This document shows, one piece after another, positions 47,763 through 61,566 of a stretch of DNA of 64,000 nt. The DNA lies in the NCBI RefSeq assembly GCF_009914755.1, contig NC_060928.1; one strand, given 5' to 3'. The first letter of the stretch is position 1, and the number at the start of each line of letters is the position of its first letter. The notes below the pieces were generated by a model. It saw only the letters and a program-made list of their open reading frames with translations. It ran no database searches and was not told where the DNA came from. The position numbers and the translations under genes were made by a program. This DNA comes from the human T2T-CHM13v2.0 reference genome, Homo sapiens.

Positions 47763-48351
47763 ATTTGCTCTTTTAGATTTGATTTGCACTTTTGAGGTTT
47801 GTCTATTCTCTATCCCTTGCCCACTTTTAGTAGGGACATTTTGTCTTGTGCGCTGTTACAGCTCTCAGCATAACAATGACCCCTTTGCCTGTCGCCAACG
47901 TTCAAGCACTTTTTCCAGATCCAGCATTCATCTTTTGACTTCATGGCATCTTTTACCACACAACGACAAACTTTTTACATAGTTAAATATGTGTCTCGCT
48001 TTTTAAAAATAGCTTCTGAGTTTTATTCTTGGTAGAAAGTCTCCAGGACACATAGACTCATTATGCAGCTTCCAAGATTTTCTTGAGAGTACAAGAAAAC
48101 TTAGTTCCTTCGGGCAGTTATTATACAGTGCTTATTTGCAGTACAAAAAAATTTAAAAGTGGTTTGGCTGGCAAATATGACCTTATAAAATACCTTTAAG
48201 TAAAGAAGTTTTCTATTATTTTAAAAATGTTTTTAGTGTGAAATGTTGTAAGAATGCCAAATATCATATATATAACACATATATGTTCTCTAAAGCACAA
48301 TAAGAGGATTTCATTTGCATCCATATACTGCCTCTAAGGAAAGGCACGTGT

Positions 48352-48362
48352 ACACACACACA

Positions 48363-48414
<52 letters not shown>
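48352..48414. repeat. (CA)n microsatellite
   Basis: Directly visible. Confidence 0.95.
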
Positions 48415-48419
<5 letters not shown>

Positions 48420-48953
48420 CAGTGGAATTATACCATGTGCAAGTGGTGCTGGAATGACCCAAGAAAGCTTTGAATGATCATAGTCACGTCTATATTCACC
48501 GCCCCTCCAGATAGTGAGAAGTTCTGATTATCCCTTTTGAGAATAGGGGCGGGTCAGAGAACAGGATCCAATCACTAATTGTTGAATTGTGATGTCTGTG
48601 CTATCTGGGACATGACTTCAAGTCTTTACTATATTCAAAGAAGAGAAAATAATAAACAAGCATAGATGGACCCACCATTCAACTTAACACATAGAGTATT
48701 AGCCATATCCCACACATCTCTCCCCATTTGGTAACCATTATCTTCAAGCATGTGTTTATCTTTTCCCAGTTTCATATACATGGTATATACATCTTCTTCC
48801 ACATTTTACTTTTTAATTAATATCAAGTTTTAAAATCAATTTTGATATCTGCGGCTGAACTGGGAATGGACATCAGTTTTATTCATTTTACACCGTGCCA
48901 CTATGGACCCCCTCCATTCTTATCTTCTGATGCACATGCATAAGATATTTCTA

Positions 48954-49160
48954 GAGCAGAGATATTCAACTGCAAAACTATCGACCTTTGGGCAGGATAA
49001 TTTATAAAGGGGGGCTGTCCTGTGCATTGTACAATGCATAGCAGTATCCCTGGCCTCTACTTAAGAGATGCCAATTGCATCCTTCCCTCAAAATGTGACA
49101 ACAAAAAGTGTCTCCAGCCATTGCCTTCCAGAGGGCAAAGTCACCCCTGATTGAGAAACA
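48954..49160. mobile_element. MER20 (hAT-Charlie)
   Basis: GGGGGGCTGTCCTGTGCATTGTA...CCCTGGCCTCTAC...GTGACAACAAAAAGTGTCTCCAG...TTGAGAA. Confidence 0.85.
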
Positions 49161-49272
49161 TTATTCTGGAGTATATGTTATAGAGATGGAATTGCTAAGT
49201 CATGGGCATGAACATCTTCAACTTTACAAGATACTACATTTTCTAAAATGTTTATGCCAATTTATTATCCAA

Positions 49273-49625
49273 CTACTAAGGACTGAGTTTTTGTGTCCCC
49301 CTAAACTTCATATGTGGAATCTCTAATCCTTAATCTGATGGTATCCGGAGATGGAGTCTTTGGGAGATAATTAGGTCATGCGGATGGAGTCCTCACAAAT
49401 GGGATTAGTGCCCTTATAAGAAGAGACAGGAGAGAGATGATCCCTCTCTTTATCATGTGGAGGATACAGCCAGAAGGCGGCCATCTACAAGCCAAAACAA
49501 GGGCCCTCACCAGAACCTGACCATGCTAACGCTCCGATCTTGGACTTCACCCTCCAGAACTGTTAGAAGTGAATTTTTGTTGTTCAATCCACCCAATTAA
49601 AGGCATCAGCCAACAATCTATAAGA
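49273..49625 (+). mobile_element. MLT1A/MST-type MaLR LTR
   Basis: TTTGTGTCCCCCTAAACTTCATATGT...GGGATTAGTGCCCTTATAAGAAGAGAC...GGCCCTCACCAGAACCTGACC. Confidence 0.82.
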
Positions 49626-49722
49626 AACCAGTTATTTCACGTATTTGCCAACGTATAGTATTGGCTGAATGTTAAATTTTTGCCAACCTGGTGACTGTAA
49701 GGTAGGCACATGTTTTGCATTT

Positions 49723-50067
<345 letters not shown>

Positions 50068-50085
50068 TAAGGGCTTGTCATTTCA

Positions 50086-50445
<360 letters not shown>

Positions 50446-51324
50446 ATAGTCAATATTTTCCTTTGTGATGTGAGCTTTTTGTGTTTTGTTAAAGAAATGC
50501 TTCCTTTTCTTGAGGCAATAAAATATTCTCCCATATTCCCTTTTAAATGTTTTTAAGTTTTACTGCTTGTTTTGAGAATAAATGCTTCTGGAATTGTGTT
50601 TTATGTACAATGGGACCTAGAGAGTCTATTTATTTTTTCTCTCATGGCAACAACCAGTTGCCTAACCAGTTGTCCTGGCATTACTTATTTAGAACTCCAT
50701 CCTTTTTCAATTCAACCTGTGACATATATTAAGCTTCCATGAATGCATGGCCTGCTTATTTTATTCCATTCGTCTATTTCCATGCTAATATCACACTGGC
50801 ATAATTCCTTTAGCTTTATAGCAAGTCTTGATATCTGTCACAGTAAGTTCCCCCAACTTGTTCATCTTCTTCAGAGCAATTAAGCTATTCTTAGTTCTTT
50901 TCTCTTTTATATAAAATTTGGAACTAGCTTGGCAACTTTTGCAAAGAACCCTGTTGGGATTTTGATTGGAATTGTATTGAACCCATCACACAATTTGGAG
51001 AGGCATGACATCTTATAAGACTGAGTTCCCTCATTTATGAATCCTCCTATTTATGTAGGTCTTCTTAAACATCTTTCTATATGGAAGTATAATTTTCTGT
51101 GCAAAGGTCTTGCACATATGCCAATAGATTTATTTTCAGTAAATTTTATTTCACTATTGTAAATGGTATCATTCTTAAAATTATGCGTTCTTTATGTGAG
51201 AGGCAGAGGATTCTGCATGTGCTCATTAAATCAAGAATATTAATTGTGTTGTTCAAATCTTTTCTATTCTTACCAATTTTTCTTTTTTACTCTTTGGCCT
51301 GTCAATGAAAGACGTATGTTGAAA

Positions 51325-52430
51325 CATCACACCCATTAGGATGGCTGCTATGATTTGAATGTGTCCTCCCAAAATTTATATGTTGAAACAGAATCCCCAA
51401 TGTGATAGTATTAAGAGGTGAGGCCCTGTGGGAGGTGATTAAGTATTGAGGTGGGACCTTCATGAATGAGATTAATAAGAGGCCCAAAGGAGTCTGTTTT
51501 CTCATTCTGGCATGTAAAGACAATGCCAGAAGGCACCATCTATGAAGCAAAGAACAAACCCTCACCAGACACAGAATTTGCTGGTGAGTTAATCTTGTAC
51601 TTTCCAGCCTCCAGAACTGTGAGCAATAAATTTCTACGGCTTATAAATTACCCAGTCTATAGTGCTTTTTTATAGCAGCCCAAACAGACTGATGCAATGA
51701 CTATTATTGTTTAAAAAAACAAAAACAAAAAGTAGGAAGTGTTGGTGAGCATATGGAGGAATTAGAACCCTCATATGCTGTTGATAGGGATCTAAAATAG
51801 TTAAGTCACTGTGGAAAGCAACATGGCTATTTCGCAAAAAAAAAAAAAAAAAAAAAAAAGCATAAAATTAACATACAATTCTGCTGTGCCACTTCTGGGT
51901 ATACCTAAAAGTAGTGAAAGCAGAGACTTGAACAAATATTTGCACACTCATGTTCATAGCAGCATTAGCCACAACAGCGGAAAGGTGGAGGCAACCCAGG
52001 TGTCGTCCATCAACAGATGAATGAGAATATGATGTGGCAGGTACCTGCAATGGAATGTTATTCACCCTTAAAAAGGAAGACATTTTGACACATATTATAA
52101 CATGGATTACATTATGCTAAGTGGCATAAGCCAGTTACAAAGAACCAATATTTTATGATTCCATTGATATGAGGTTCCTAGAGTAGTCAAATTCATAGAT
52201 ACAATGTAACATGCTGGTTGCCAAGGGGTGGAGAGAGAGGTAATGGGAGTCAGTGTTTAATGGGTACAGAGTTTCTGTTTTGGATGACTTAAAAGTTAAG
52301 GAGATAGGTAGTGGTGATGGTTGCACAACAATGCGAATGTACTTAATACCACTGAACTTATAACCACTGAAAAATGGTTAAAATGGCAGATTTTATGTTA
52401 CGTATATTTTACCACAATAAAAAAATTTAA
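51325..52430 (+). mobile_element. L1MB/MA 3' end with a nested MST LTR (~51346-51700)
   Basis: CACCCATTAGGATGGC...GTGTTGGTGAG...CATGTTCATAGCAGCATT...GATGGTTGCACAACAATG...TTTTACCACAATAAAAAA; the MST begins TGCTATGATTTGAATGTGTCC. Confidence 0.85.
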
Positions 52431-55400
52431 GTGATATGTTAAAATGCTCCACTAAAGAGTGAAATTGTCAATTTATCCTTTTAGTTCTCTCAATCTTCAT
52501 TTTATGTATTTTTGTTTCATATACAGCATCATGCATGAAGTTCTAGAATTGGGATCTCTTCATGGTGAATTTATTATTTGGTAGTAAACCTCTTTATCCT
52601 AATTATTACTTAATCTAATCTTAATCGAATGATTTTGTTCAATATTCAGAGCTGCAGCAGCTATCTTTTACTTCACGTGCCTTTTTCCATCCTTTGACTT
52701 TCAACATTTCTGTGTCCTCCTCGTGCTCTGGGTACATCTCTTGAAAACAGCATACAGTTGGGTTCTGCATTTTTAGCCAACCTGATAACCAGCCAGCGTA
52801 TTCACCTAAACAGACTATAATTACAGATATTTTTGGAGTTCCTTCTACCCATCTGATTTTGTATTTTTATTTGTCTTGCTTTTTCTTTACTTCCTTTTCT
52901 CCCTCTTTTGGATTGCTTGAGCTTTTTTCCTTATTTCTTTTTCCTCTACTGTCTTAAAGTTATACAGTTTACTTCCATATTTTCAGTGACTAAAATAGAC
53001 ATTTTACCATATTATTTTATGGTAAAATAAATCAAATCCTAAAGGAATCAAAATCTCAATTGTCATCTCAAACAATAAATGCTTTAACCTCAATTTCTTT
53101 TCTCACAGAAGCATGTGTAAAACACATGCTATGACATGAATTATATTATGCTAAGTGAGATAAGCCAGTTACAAAGGACAAATATTTTATGATTCCATTG
53201 ATATGAAGCTCCTAGAGTAATCAAATTTATAGGTACAATGTAGAATAGTGGTTGCCAAGGGGTGGAGGGAGGGGTAATCGGCATCTGTGTTTTTGGTCCA
53301 GTTTTTTAGTTTTAACATCTACATTTTTAACATACAAATTAGACCACTAATTTTATATGCACAATACGTATTATCATTCACTCTTAAATATGTTATTATA
53401 TTTCCCCTTTTTTCAATCATTCTTTTGATTTCTTCCTTGACCCATGTATTATTTAAAGGTGTTTTACTTAATTTCCTAATATTTGAGGAGTTTTGTAGAC
53501 ATCTCATTGTTACTAAACTCCAATTTCCAACTACTATCATCAAAGAATAATTTGAAAAAGTTCACATTTTCATGTTTCATTTGTCTAATAATCTTTAATG
53601 GAAGCTGGACATTGTGAACATTATGCCGTTGAGTGTTTAGTTTTGTTTTCTTCCTTTAAAGAATGTTTGGCTTTCTTCTGTCCAACATTTAATTTACTTG
53701 CAGATCAGTTTGATGCCTTTGCAGTTTAGTTTTAATTTTTGTTAGGTTTGGTCTTAGGGTTGCTTTTACATGAGCACTTGGTCAGCCCTTTACCTAAGTC
53801 ATGACCATTCTGGGCTCTCTACTGAATGCCAAGGGAATTTAGCAAGATCTTTCCACTCTGACTGATTAGAACTCAAATGTCTCCCAGCCTTGTGAGAGAT
53901 CCAGTAGTTAGTCAATTTTCAGCTCCCTTGTAGCTTGTCTTTGCCTAAATGCAAAAAGTTTCATCTGTTATATGTTTGGCTTAGTATTCATTCAGAGACT
54001 CAAGAGGACCCAAATGTGGCGTTTTAGAGCTCTTTATGTGCATGGCTCCCTCTTGTCTGATATTCTACCTCTCAAATCCCAGCTTCCTTGGGTTTCTCTG
54101 CCTTCTACCTCTCCTCAGCTCAGCAAAGTCACCATGCTCTGCTTCAGTTCCTCTTCTTACATTACAGTTGACAAAGTGCCAAGTCGTCATAGAGTTCACC
54201 TTATTTGCATTTCTTCTCTCAGAGATTACTGTTGTGCTCTGTTTGTTGCCCAAGATCTGAAAACAAAATTTTTTGCATATAGTTTGTCCAATTTTCCTCA
54301 TGGATAGGAACAGAAATCTCAACTCTTCATTTTCTCTCAGCATCTTGAATATATTAGTTCTATGTCTTTGGCTTTCTATTGTTGCTGTTGACAACTCTGT
54401 GGCCAGTTTACCACATTTCATTCATAAATGTTCATAAGATACCACTGAATATGCAATCCATCATTATTTTATTGACAGTAAGAGATAAAAAACTGCCAAT
54501 TATAATTGTAAGACTCCATCAATGATAAGATTAGTCCCAATTTCAAACGTGTTAAATTGTGGGAAAATACATATCTTGGAATTGATGAAATACGGTCACT
54601 TTTATTTTTTGTAGAGTATCTTTTCTGTTTTTGTTGCTTCTTGATTTATCTTGATGTCTTCTTATTTCATCTGAAATTATTATATGTAGATTATTTTTCT
54701 TTACACTGCTTGATATACTTCGTTTTTCCTAGATTTGAAATTTGTCATCTTTGAACAGTTGTGAAAAATTCTTAGGCACTATCTCTTCAAATATTGCCTC
54801 TCCTCAGCTTTCTCTATTTTAGTCTTCTGGAACTCCAATTAGGCAAGTGTTAGACTTTCATATTTTATCATGCATGTCTTCAAACCTCTCTTATTTCTCT
54901 TTTCTTGTCACTTTGCATTGCATTCTCGGTAATATCTTCAGATCTGTCCTCTGGCTTATTCTGTCTTCAGGCAATCTGATCTGCTATATAACACAACAAT
55001 TGAGGTTTCAATTTCAATCATTAAATTTCTTTGTTTGTTTGTTTCTTTGTTTGTTTGTTTTAAAGACAGAGTCTCACTATGTTGCCTAGGCTGGTCTCAA
55101 ACCCCGGCACTCAACAGATCCTCCTGCTTCAGCCTCTTGAGTAGCTGGGACAATAGGTATGTGCCACCATGCCTAGCACATTCACTATATTTCTTACTAC
55201 AAGATGCTTTAGTTGGTTCTTTCTCAATTCTTCCGGGTCATTTTGTTTGACTTTTGCTCTTTGAACTTTTAAATTCCATTTTTAATTTCTTAACACAGTT
55301 TATGTTTATACATGATTATTTTTGCTCTCTGAATTAGATGTCTACTATCAGAAATGCTTGAGGACCTAAATACATTGTTTATTATTCAGCTGCTTCTTGC

Positions 55401-56400
55401 TTACATTGAGCCATTTCGCCGTGTGTTGGGTAATTTTTATTATGAGCTCAGGCAGGATATGTGGTGATGGGACTAGACTGAGGATGCTTTTCTCCAGACA
55501 GCACTGGCATTTGCTTCTTCTAGGCTCCAGGAGGCACTACCAATCTGTAACTATAATATTTTAATTTCGTTGCCCGGGTGATGTTTCTTGACATTAGGGG
55601 CAGTATAAATTTGAACCTCAGTCACACGACAGAGCAGTCCTCTGGCTACAAAAGTTCAGGAAAGACTCTCTAGCTTTGTGTACATGTTTCCACCCAGAGG
55701 CAGCAGAGATGGCTGTGTTCATCTGTCCTCTATATCCGTATGAATCCCTCCAGCTTGAAGTTCCTGTTGCAGGTGCCTGTACCCATTGGGGCCTGGATTT
55801 CCATTTTCATAGCCACTCTAGTTTGGGCTGATTATTCCTGTTTTTTGTGAAGAGGCATAATCTTTGGGCATTTCTCTGGATTCTCCTGTGAGTTTAGCAG
55901 GGCATTTTGAGTTTGTTGTAAATAGTTTCCCATCTCCATATTTTAGTCTGTGAAGGTGTTTCAGTTGACATTTTCAGATGAGCATACCATTGGGATCCCA
56001 AAGCCTTCTTGCAAATTTTTTATTGTTTACTTTATTACATTTAAGTATTTAATCTGTCTAAAATTTACTTTTGTATTTGGCATAATGCCAGAGTCCATTT
56101 TCCCCTTTCCAATGGCTAGCCCGTTACCAGCAATATTTATTATTAATTTATTCTTTTTTACTGAATTTAACCATTAGATTTGTCGTAAACTAGTCTAGCA
56201 CATGTTCTAGATTTAATTCTAGTTCCATCTTCTGTTTGACTCATCTATTTGTCCATTCCTATATCAACACCAATTACTGATTAGATTCCAGTGGCTCTTT
56301 GTATCCTCTGATGTAGGAACACTCGAGTCTCACTTGAATGTTCTTACATTTTGTAATTTTTTAACTATTCTCAAAGATTTAGTTTCAGAGACTAGTTTGT
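52430..56400 (-). mobile_element. Degenerate antisense old L1M fragments (AT/T-rich block), including a half-Alu at ~55030-55178
   Basis: T-rich L1-like motifs (CCATCCTTTGACTTTCAAC, CTTCAAATATTGCCTCT, TCTGGAACTCCAATTA); boundaries uncertain. Confidence 0.55.
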
Positions 56401-56664
56401 ACTCACTTTGTTAAGGAGGCGGTCTCAGCATGTATTTGCTACACTTAATTGGACTAAATTGAGAAGCTTCATGGGGAGGTAGACAGAATTTCACTTGGAC
56501 AAGCCACTTACCCTCTTCCAGACTCAGTTTCTGCCACTAAGGAAGGATGGGCTAGTGCCCTAGACCTCTGGGCTCCTTGCCGGCTCTAGAATCCCAGCCC
56601 GGATTGGCTTCTCCTTAAGCACTGGACAACATGCAGTGATAAGAACAGCTGTTTGTATGTGTGT

Positions 56665-56954
56665 ATTTTTGTTTGTTTTAGAGACAAAGTCGTGCTCTGT
56701 TGACCAGGCTGGAGTGCAATGGTGCCGAGATAGCTCACTGTAACATCAAAACTCCTGGACTCAAGTGATCCTCCTGCCTAAGCCTCCCAAGCTGGTACTA
56801 CAGGCATGCACCACCATTCTGAGCTAATTTTTTAAAAAGAGATGGGGACTTGCTATGCTAGCCATGCTGTTCTCAAACCCCTGACCTCAAGTGATTCTTC
56901 CCACCTTAGCTTCCCAAAGTGTTGGGATTACAGGTGTGAGCCACCACACCCAGC
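56665..56954 (-). mobile_element. Alu (J-like)
   Basis: Diverged reverse-complement Alu dimer. Confidence 0.88.
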
Positions 56955-57814
56955 TTTTTTGTGTTCTTATTGGCCAGATAACGCATGTCAGGCGTCCTGC
57001 TCAGCCAGTTATGTACATTCACCCCTCAGCATCTCATTTAATCCTCAGGCATCCCTGGGAGGCAGGTGCTATTCATACTATCTCCATTCTATAGAGCAAG
57101 GAACTAAAGAATACAGCGCTATAGTGACTTATTTGCTGAAGATATTGGTTGAGTAAAAAAGGAAACAAGGGAATGGAGTGGCGAGCTTTGGGGGAGTATG
57201 CAAAGACCAAATTATGTTATTACATAATTAGTGCACATTGTTCTTGATACATGAAGAAGCCCTCAGTAATAATAGCTTACTCGTTTATTGAGTGCTTCCT
57301 ATGTACTTTAGGAATATTAAATCATTAATCCCACAACCTTCTTAGCTAATAGGCACTATTATTATCTCCAGTGTACGGACCACGAGATTGAGCCCCAGGT
57401 ATGTGAAGTCACCAGCCCACCGGCACCCAGCAGAGGTGGCTGATGAGCCCAGACCGCTAGGCTCCAGGGACTGTGCCGTCTCTAGGCAACCGCAAAAATT
57501 ACCACCCACAGATATGGCGAACCCTGTGATTGTCACCAGCTCACCTGTCTCGGGTGGGAAGGGGATGTGCAAACATGGAAGCGTTGCCATTGGAAGGAGG
57601 GATGGAGCTCGTGGCCATTTCTAATGTTTAAAACTATCGTTTAAATTATACTTTGAATGTTTTTATGTAAAGGAGGTGCACCAAAGGGTTAACAGGTGGT
57701 TGACTCTGGAAAGGACTCCCGGAGAGCAGCTGCTCTGAATTTTCTAATTTCGCTACACTGGTGATGTATCATGTATTCCTGTGTGATTCGAAAATGTTAA
57801 AAGTCATATAATAA

Positions 57815-58490
57815 TGTAGAAGACGACCCTTCGCGAGCGAGGCCCCCCACCTCTGGCCACTGAGGGCACTTACGTAACTGCGGGGCGGGCGCAGGCCTCC
57901 ACTGGGTGAGCGGCAGGCGGGGGCGGGGCTGCCCGGAGCCTCGGCCCCGCCCACCCCTCTCCCCCGCCCACTGTCCCCGCCCAGCCCCGGGCTGCTCGGA
58001 AAGGCCGGAGTCCGGAGCACAGCAACGCGCGGAGCGGCCCGGCCCCTCTGGTGGTCCCGCCCACGCGACCCGGGCGCAGCGGCGGGCGCCGGACAGCTGT
58101 CCCGGCGGGCGAACGACATGCAGCGGAACTGCGGGAGGCTGCGGTTCGGTGGCTGGACTTGCGTCCCCCACCTCCTCTGTCGCGCGTGCCCTGCTCCCCA
58201 GTGAGGGCGTCCCTGGGATGGGATCTGGGCGCCCGGCGCAGCGCGGCTGACAACAGCCGAGCGGTTCCGGTGCGCTGGCACGTGGCTCGGGCCTGCCCCC
58301 CCGGCCTGGCCGCCTCCCGGCGCGTTCCCCGGTGCAGGTGCCTGGCCCGTGCCCCGCCATCTCCGCCCGGCGCCGCCTGTGCTGAAGGAGCCACGCCCCG
58401 GGCTCCGGAGCCTGCCTCTGCAAAGTCCAGGCCCGCGGCGCGCAGGTCAGGGCCGCTGCTCCGGGCGGACGGGGACGCGCGGTCACAGGC
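57815..58490. promoter_or_regulatory. Second (orphan) CpG island
   Basis: Abrupt high GC/CpG; several GC boxes (GGGGCGGG, CCCCGCCC); TTACGTAA at 57870-57877. Confidence 0.88.
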
Positions 58491-59136
58491 AACTCCTGTC
58501 CTAAGGGCAAGTGAGACAGGATCAGGGCTGGTATGAAGGCATCTCCATTAGCAGGGAACCAGACACCTTCCATCTGACTGCTCTGCTATCCTTCGCATGC
58601 TGCCTCATGGTCCAAAGTGGCTGCTGAGCACCAGCCTTCGTGTCTGCATTCTAGCCAGCCGGAACGAGGTAAGAGTGAAAAAAGATGCCATTTCTTTATG
58701 AATATGTCCCAGCAGTTCATGTAGATCACAAGAAGCCAGTCCACTTTACAGGCAGAGGTGGACTCCAAAAGGTCTGATGACTCTCAGAAGGTAATGTGTG
58801 CAGCGGGGGAGCAGGATTCAAATGTAAGTGGACTGCCATCCGTACAATAGCAGCCAACCGGAGGGCTTCCTGCAGTCCAGCACCTATCCAGCACTTACCT
58901 AGTCGTTTAATCCTCACAGCTAGTGAGAGAAGAGCTGGTTACCCTATTGTACAGAGGAGGTCACTGAGGCTCAGAGAGGGTAGGTGATGTGCTCAAGACT
59001 TCAGAGCCAGTACATGGAGAGGTTGGGACTCCAATCCGGGCAGTCTGCTCCAGAATCCACACTTTGACCACCACCCTCCACTGTCGCTCAGCCTTGTAAA
59101 CTCTCCCCTTGGAATCCTGTCTGCAAACCTGGTTCA

Positions 59137-59815
<679 letters not shown>

Positions 59816-60501
59816 GGGTTAGTTTACTTCAGAAATAAATGAACTAGAATTTCAAAGTCAGGACTACAGTATCAAAAGGTGAGAACCCAGCCTTTAACAG
59901 TTTAACTTTTCTCATGGTGTCTAGAACAATGTAATCAACATTCCCACTGTTCAGATGGGGAGAGTGCTGAGTGCCCTTGACAAAGTTCTTGGGAATAGCC
60001 AGGATCTAGACTTTGCTAGGGCAGTTGTTTGTAAACCCACAGAGGCCATGGGCCATTTCCTGACAGTAACTGTAATCATCTTCCGAGCTTGGGTCTGGTT
60101 CCCAAATGATACATTGCATAAACTAAAATGCTTTTCCCTTTGAGGCTTGCTCAGCAAGCTGCAGAATCTGGTTGATCGGTTTGTACTTGAGTTTTTTCCC
60201 TTACTGGTAAAGAGAGAGAGGGAAGGCATGTGCTGAGTTCGGCCATGTGCCAAGCCCTTTGCAAACATTAGCTCCCCGACCCCACCACTGCTCCTTGTTG
60301 CTTCCCAGTTAGCAGCTTGGGGGTAAAGGAGCTCTCAGGGTCACACCATGTCAGAGCTAGGGGTGAGCCCAGAGCTGTCATTCAAGCCCCTGTTTGCTTT
60401 TGCTCCTGCTGACCCCCAAAGGAGCTTCTCTTCGTAAAACAAAATTCTTTTTAAAAAAAACTAAATGTCCAAAATTCACCATCTGTTGCAATCTCAATGT
60501 A

Positions 60502-60596
60502 TTACGTTGGTGCAAAAGTAATTGCAGTTTTCAAAGTAATTGAAATTGCCATTGAAAGTAATGGCTAAAACTGAAAATACTTTTGCACCAACCTAA
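60502..60596. mobile_element. Made1 mariner MITE (miR-548-type palindrome) with an internal insertion
   Basis: TA|TTACGTTGGTGCAAAAGTAATTGCAGTTTT...TACTTTTGCACCAACCTAA|TA. Confidence 0.92.
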
Positions 60597-60697
60597 TAAA
60601 AGGGTTGTGCTGGTGAAAACTCCTGTTGGAATGGATTTTTCCCCTTGGAATCTTGCCAATCAATTAATTTGCAGCTCTGCTACTGGCCTTTCTAAAA

Positions 60698-60790
60698 CTT
60701 GAACCTGGGAGGTTGAGGCTGCAGTGAGCCAAGATCACACCACTGCACTCCAACCTGGGTGACAGAGGGAGACCCTGTCTCAAAATAATA
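60698..60790 (+). mobile_element. Alu right-arm 3' fragment
   Basis: CTTGAACCTGGGAGGTTGAGGCTGCAGTGAGCC...GAGACCCTGTCTCAAAA. Confidence 0.9.
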
Positions 60791-61545
60791 GGTTTTTCAG
60801 CCTTCCCTTGGTGGGCCATGCTCTCTTCCTCTGTTTCCTCTGTAGCTGACACATTACTGTGTGTGGGCAATGTTCTCCACGTAGTAACACCCTGTACTAA
60901 TGATGAGTGCGCTGTCTACGTGACTCTATTTAGGGCAAGGCAATTTGGTGTAAATCCTGCATGAGGAGTTCAACAAGAACAAAAAGCTTCAGAGGAAAAC
61001 ATCCTGCAGCCTTCCCCTTTGTCTCAGTAACTATGGTTTCTGGGCAAATTAAGAAAACACTCAAGAAGGTTTTCTTTTTTTTTTAATGGAGCTGAAGCAC
61101 AGAGCCTCAGATGGGCACAAAATGATGAACACATTTATTTTGATTTTTTACTTATAATACTACCATATAGAGAATTACGGTAAATATAATATTCCCTCCA
61201 ATTAACAACAACAACAACAAAAAACCTTCTCTGCGCCAGAGCAGGGAGGCTGACCAAGAAAAGAGTAGAAGATGGCCACTGTGCTCCAGGGCAGAGGATA
61301 CCTGGCCCACCTTCCCCTGACCCCAGAGAGTTGTGGGGCCTCTGTCAGGAGGCACCGGCTCTAACAAGAGCTGTGGGTGTGCTCTGGGCTTTCTGCTTGG
61401 CACTGCTGCTCAGTGATCAAACCACATCATCCTTCTGAGTGTCTTCTTGTGACATAACGTTGATGATATTTGCTTCAACCAGAAAAGGTGAGACTCAGAT
61501 TCAGGGTTTTGTGTGTATTTGAATTAGAGCCGACCCAGGGCCTTG

Positions 61546-61566
61546 GGAGCTCTCCGGGGTGCTGAA
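61546..61566 (-). promoter_or_regulatory. RE1/NRSE element (REST binding site)
   Basis: Minus strand reads TTCAGCACCCCGGAGAGCTCC, matching the canonical TTCAGCACC-NN-GGA(C/G)AGC-N-CC with the 2-bp spacer. Confidence 0.85.

Noticed and set aside
57769-58573. 170-258 aa ORFs over the second CpG island
   Set aside because: Same GC artefact; no recognisable domain.
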